Positions 62,601 through 64,000 of a stretch of DNA of 64,000 nucleotides are shown piece by piece (positions within the stretch are counted from its first letter, which is position 1; each line of letters starts with the position of its first letter). The stretch lies in NCBI GenBank assembly GCA_028826165.1, contig JAPDFW010000044.1:656618-720617 (forward strand), given 5' to 3'. The DNA is from Anaeramoeba ignava BMAN. Its lineage: Eukaryota; Protista; Anaeramoebae. The notes beneath the pieces were generated by a model that was not told the origin of the DNA, searched no databases, and saw nothing but the letters and a program-made list of their open reading frames with translations. A program made the translations under genes and the position numbers.

Positions 62601-64000
62601 TAAAAAATTCAGAGACTACCAAACAATTAGATCATCATTCGAAGAATATATTTCCAAATCTCATAGTTATATTCGTAAAGATGGAGATTCAAATCAAACA
62701 AATGATGATTTCAAAAGGAATTTAGCAGCTTTAATTTCACTTCGAGATGTTTCAAGAACACTTCGAGTATTTCAATGGCTTGTTGAATCTAAAGCTGGAA
62801 GATTTTTATTATCAGAAAATGAACAAGAAGAAGAAAGAGAAGAAGAACTTTTTCAGAAAGCAATTTACTTATCTTTATTCGTTTGTTATGCAAGTCGACA
62901 AACAACAAACAAAGATCAATATTTTGAAGCAATTTTTGAAAGAAATGATAATTTATTAGGAAACTGCCAAAACGTAATTGAAAATTCACAAGAAAAATTA
63001 ATTGAATCATTAGAGTATGATTTTTCAAAAAAAATGATTGCAAAAAACATACCTTTGAAGGAGAATTGTTTATTGATTTTTGTTTGTGTTTATGCACAAA
63101 TTCCATTATTTATTATTGGAAAACCAGGTAAAGTAACATCTTTTCTTCTTTTATAAATAATATTAATTTAATTTTTATTCAATTTTTTATTATAATCAAA
63201 AAAAAGGAACATCAAAATCAATTTCTGTTGAAGTTATAATGGAATCTTTGAAACCTCCTTATGAAGCAAATAACTTTGCAAAAAAAATTGAACTTAGAAC
63301 ATTTAGAGAATCTTTCCTTCAATGTTCACCAATAACAACAACTCAAGGAATTGAAGATGTTTTTAAAATTGCAAAATCAAAAACAAAGGAAAACGATTTA
63401 GGAGTTGTTATTCTTGATGAGGTTGCACTTGCAGAATTAAGTCCAGATTTGCCGTTAAAAGCACTTCATTCTCAACTTGAAGAATCAGAAAAAGAAATTT
63501 CAAGAATTAATCAAGATAACAAAAAAATTCAAGATATAATTAAAGAAAATGGAGGAGTTTCAGTTGTTGCAATTTCTAATTGGGTTTTAGATCCAAGTAA
63601 TACAAATCGAGGAATTCTTCTTAGAAGAGAATCCACAACACAATTAGGCACAACAGCTCAACAAATTTTATGCACAAAAACAGTTGGAATGAATTCAATG
63701 ATTCCTGAAATATTTGCAAGTTATCTTTCCAAAATTTATGAAAAAATTGTGAAAAAGAACAAGAAAAAGATCCAAAAAGTAAATCAAGACCTTATTTTGG
63801 ATTGAGAGATTTTTATTATTTCTTAAAAATGATTGGATATTGCAATATTAAGAAAGGCATTTCATACAATAATCCTGGATTAATTTTAAATGCTTTATTA
63901 AGAAATTTCAATTCAAAACCTGATTTTATTGAAGAGTTAATTCCCAATTTTCCAAGGAAAGTTCCTTTAATTACTGATAGAAAAATTACAACACGAGAAC
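56633..64000 (+). CDS. RNF213/mysterin-like giant AAA+ ATPase; continues beyond the right edge; about seven frameshifts
   Basis: Ordered RNF213-type motifs: YVLTFDNLSKM, ISGETGCGKT, VLFFDELNT, FIAAINPYR, VYRVHKIP, ISLRDV, IAKNIPLKEN..IPLFIIGKPG|TSKS (intron from 63128), LQCSP, VILDEVALAELSPDLPLKALH, VAISNWVLDP..NRG, FGLRDFY. Confidence 0.85.

Noticed and set aside
4455-63805. Frequent frameshifts (~4460, 7330, 12555, 48320, 55095, 57780, 58260, 58660, 58830, 59200, 62350, 63790) as programmed frameshifting or pseudogenisation
   Set aside because: Those I checked are mostly fixed by a one-base indel in or beside an A/T run, typical of long-read assembly error; needs short-read polishing. Decay of the RNF213-like and CUE-ankyrin genes cannot be fully excluded
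1-64000. Inteins (reported as abundant in Anaeramoeba)
   Set aside because: No C..HN/C-S-T splice motifs or LAGLIDADG blocks recognised; COPA, RPB10, Rho and the AAA motifs are uninterrupted
1-64000. Alternative genetic code (stop reassignment)
   Set aside because: Conserved genes are open in the standard code and end at TAA; internal stops coincide with frame changes or introns rather than in-frame readthrough

Overview
Extremely AT-rich, intron-containing eukaryotic DNA (standard genetic code; the complete gene models end in TAA). The gene families (many ankyrin-BTB and RCC1-BTB proteins, TLDc fusion, EN/QN microsatellite tails) resemble an anaerobic amoeboid protist such as Anaeramoeba; this is inference, not proven. 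I can model about 17 genes: a paxillin-like LIM protein (runs off the left edge), three ankyrin-BTB genes, a focadhesin/RST1-like protein, cohesin Scc3/STAG, a divergent 5-exon Rho GTPase missing from the ORF track, a degenerate NYN protein, RPB10, a giant TPR-like protein, maspardin, two RCC1-BTB paralogues plus two relic fragments, an MLKL-like 4-helix-bundle/EF-hand/U-box/TPR/TLDc fusion, a Sec23/24-family protein, alpha-COP, and an RNF213-like AAA+ giant (runs off the right edge). Most split ORFs break at or near homopolymer runs and are probably assembly indels. The most interesting signal is a possible ubiquitin-based recognition system: a shared double-BTB module carried on variable repeat scaffolds, with codon-block hypervariability concentrated in the RCC1 propeller loops, plus the MLKL-like U-box fusion and RNF213 homologue. 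The RCC1-BTB/MLKL-like block is associated with ~144-bp AT satellites that may be inverted relatives. No intein, tRNA, rRNA, CRISPR array or transposase was recognised.
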